Shown: positions 63,872 through 64,000 of the stretch, piece after piece | Layout of the letters: the number at the start of each line of letters is the position of its first letter | Position numbering within the stretch: position 1 is the stretch's first letter | Assembly (NCBI GenBank): GCA_963730995.1 | Contig: CAVSUB010000004.1 | Coordinates: forward strand, 459,020-523,019 | DNA from: an uncultured Acidobacteriota bacterium | GTDB lineage: Bacteria > Acidobacteriota > Vicinamibacteria > Vicinamibacterales > 2-12-FULL-66-21 | Reading direction: 5' to 3' | DNA length: 64,000 nucleotides | The notes under the pieces: model-generated | The model's input: the letters and a program-made list of their open reading frames with translations, nothing else | What the model was told of the DNA's origin: nothing | Databases searched by the model: none | Translations under genes and position numbers: made by a program

Positions 63872-64000
63872 CCGGTGTCCACCGGCATCGTTCGCGAGCA
63901 GAGTCCAGCCCGGTCTCGCAGCGATTCCCGCGATTACGCGTTCAGATACGTCAGCGTTGGAAAGGACGATGATGGGTCGACTAGGTCGAACATCCACAAC

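Overview
This is a GC-rich bacterial chromosomal segment (G+C judged by eye, not computed). The gene content looks like a soil Acidobacteriota-type genome: an ADOP-type duplicated FtsX permease, a CarboxypepD_reg-type TonB-dependent receptor and a DUF3300/DUF2950 pair. That taxonomic call is an inference.

Confident intact genes:
- the 3' part of a sigma-54 activator and a MarR regulator
- a cupredoxin gene overlapping the start of a GH15 glucoamylase
- transaldolase and transketolase
- DUF2945, PRC-barrel, DUF2934, OsmC, an FMN reductase and SnoaL-like proteins
- a P-type cation ATPase
- a complete seven-gene mrpABCDEFG Na+/H+ antiporter operon
- DUF3124, an SLT-domain protein, a TRIC-type channel and an M50/CBS protease
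- a tyrosine integrase next to tRNA-Ser(GGA)
- an MDR oxidoreductase, a DUF1905/YdeI protein, a BrnT/BrnA toxin-antitoxin pair and a cupin

Mobile or foreign DNA:
- one IS5-family element with clear terminal inverted repeats and a frameshifted transposase
- a decayed excisionase-integrase pair that ends at a tRNA 3' fragment
- an intact integrase at tRNA-Ser

The most striking property is the number of recognisable genes that are frameshifted, interrupted by in-frame stops or truncated at deletion junctions. Affected loci include all three universal-stress-protein loci, one of two OsmC paralogues, a glutamate dehydrogenase, AhpD/CMD-like, SRPBCC, PoxB-like and ferredoxin-reductase-like genes, nuclease-like genes, kinase fragments and others. 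Every long transport or central-metabolism gene stays open.

I found no CRISPR array, no rRNA and no complete recognisable defence system. No single clearly novel multi-gene system could be supported from the sequence alone. The findings list candidates worth a second look.
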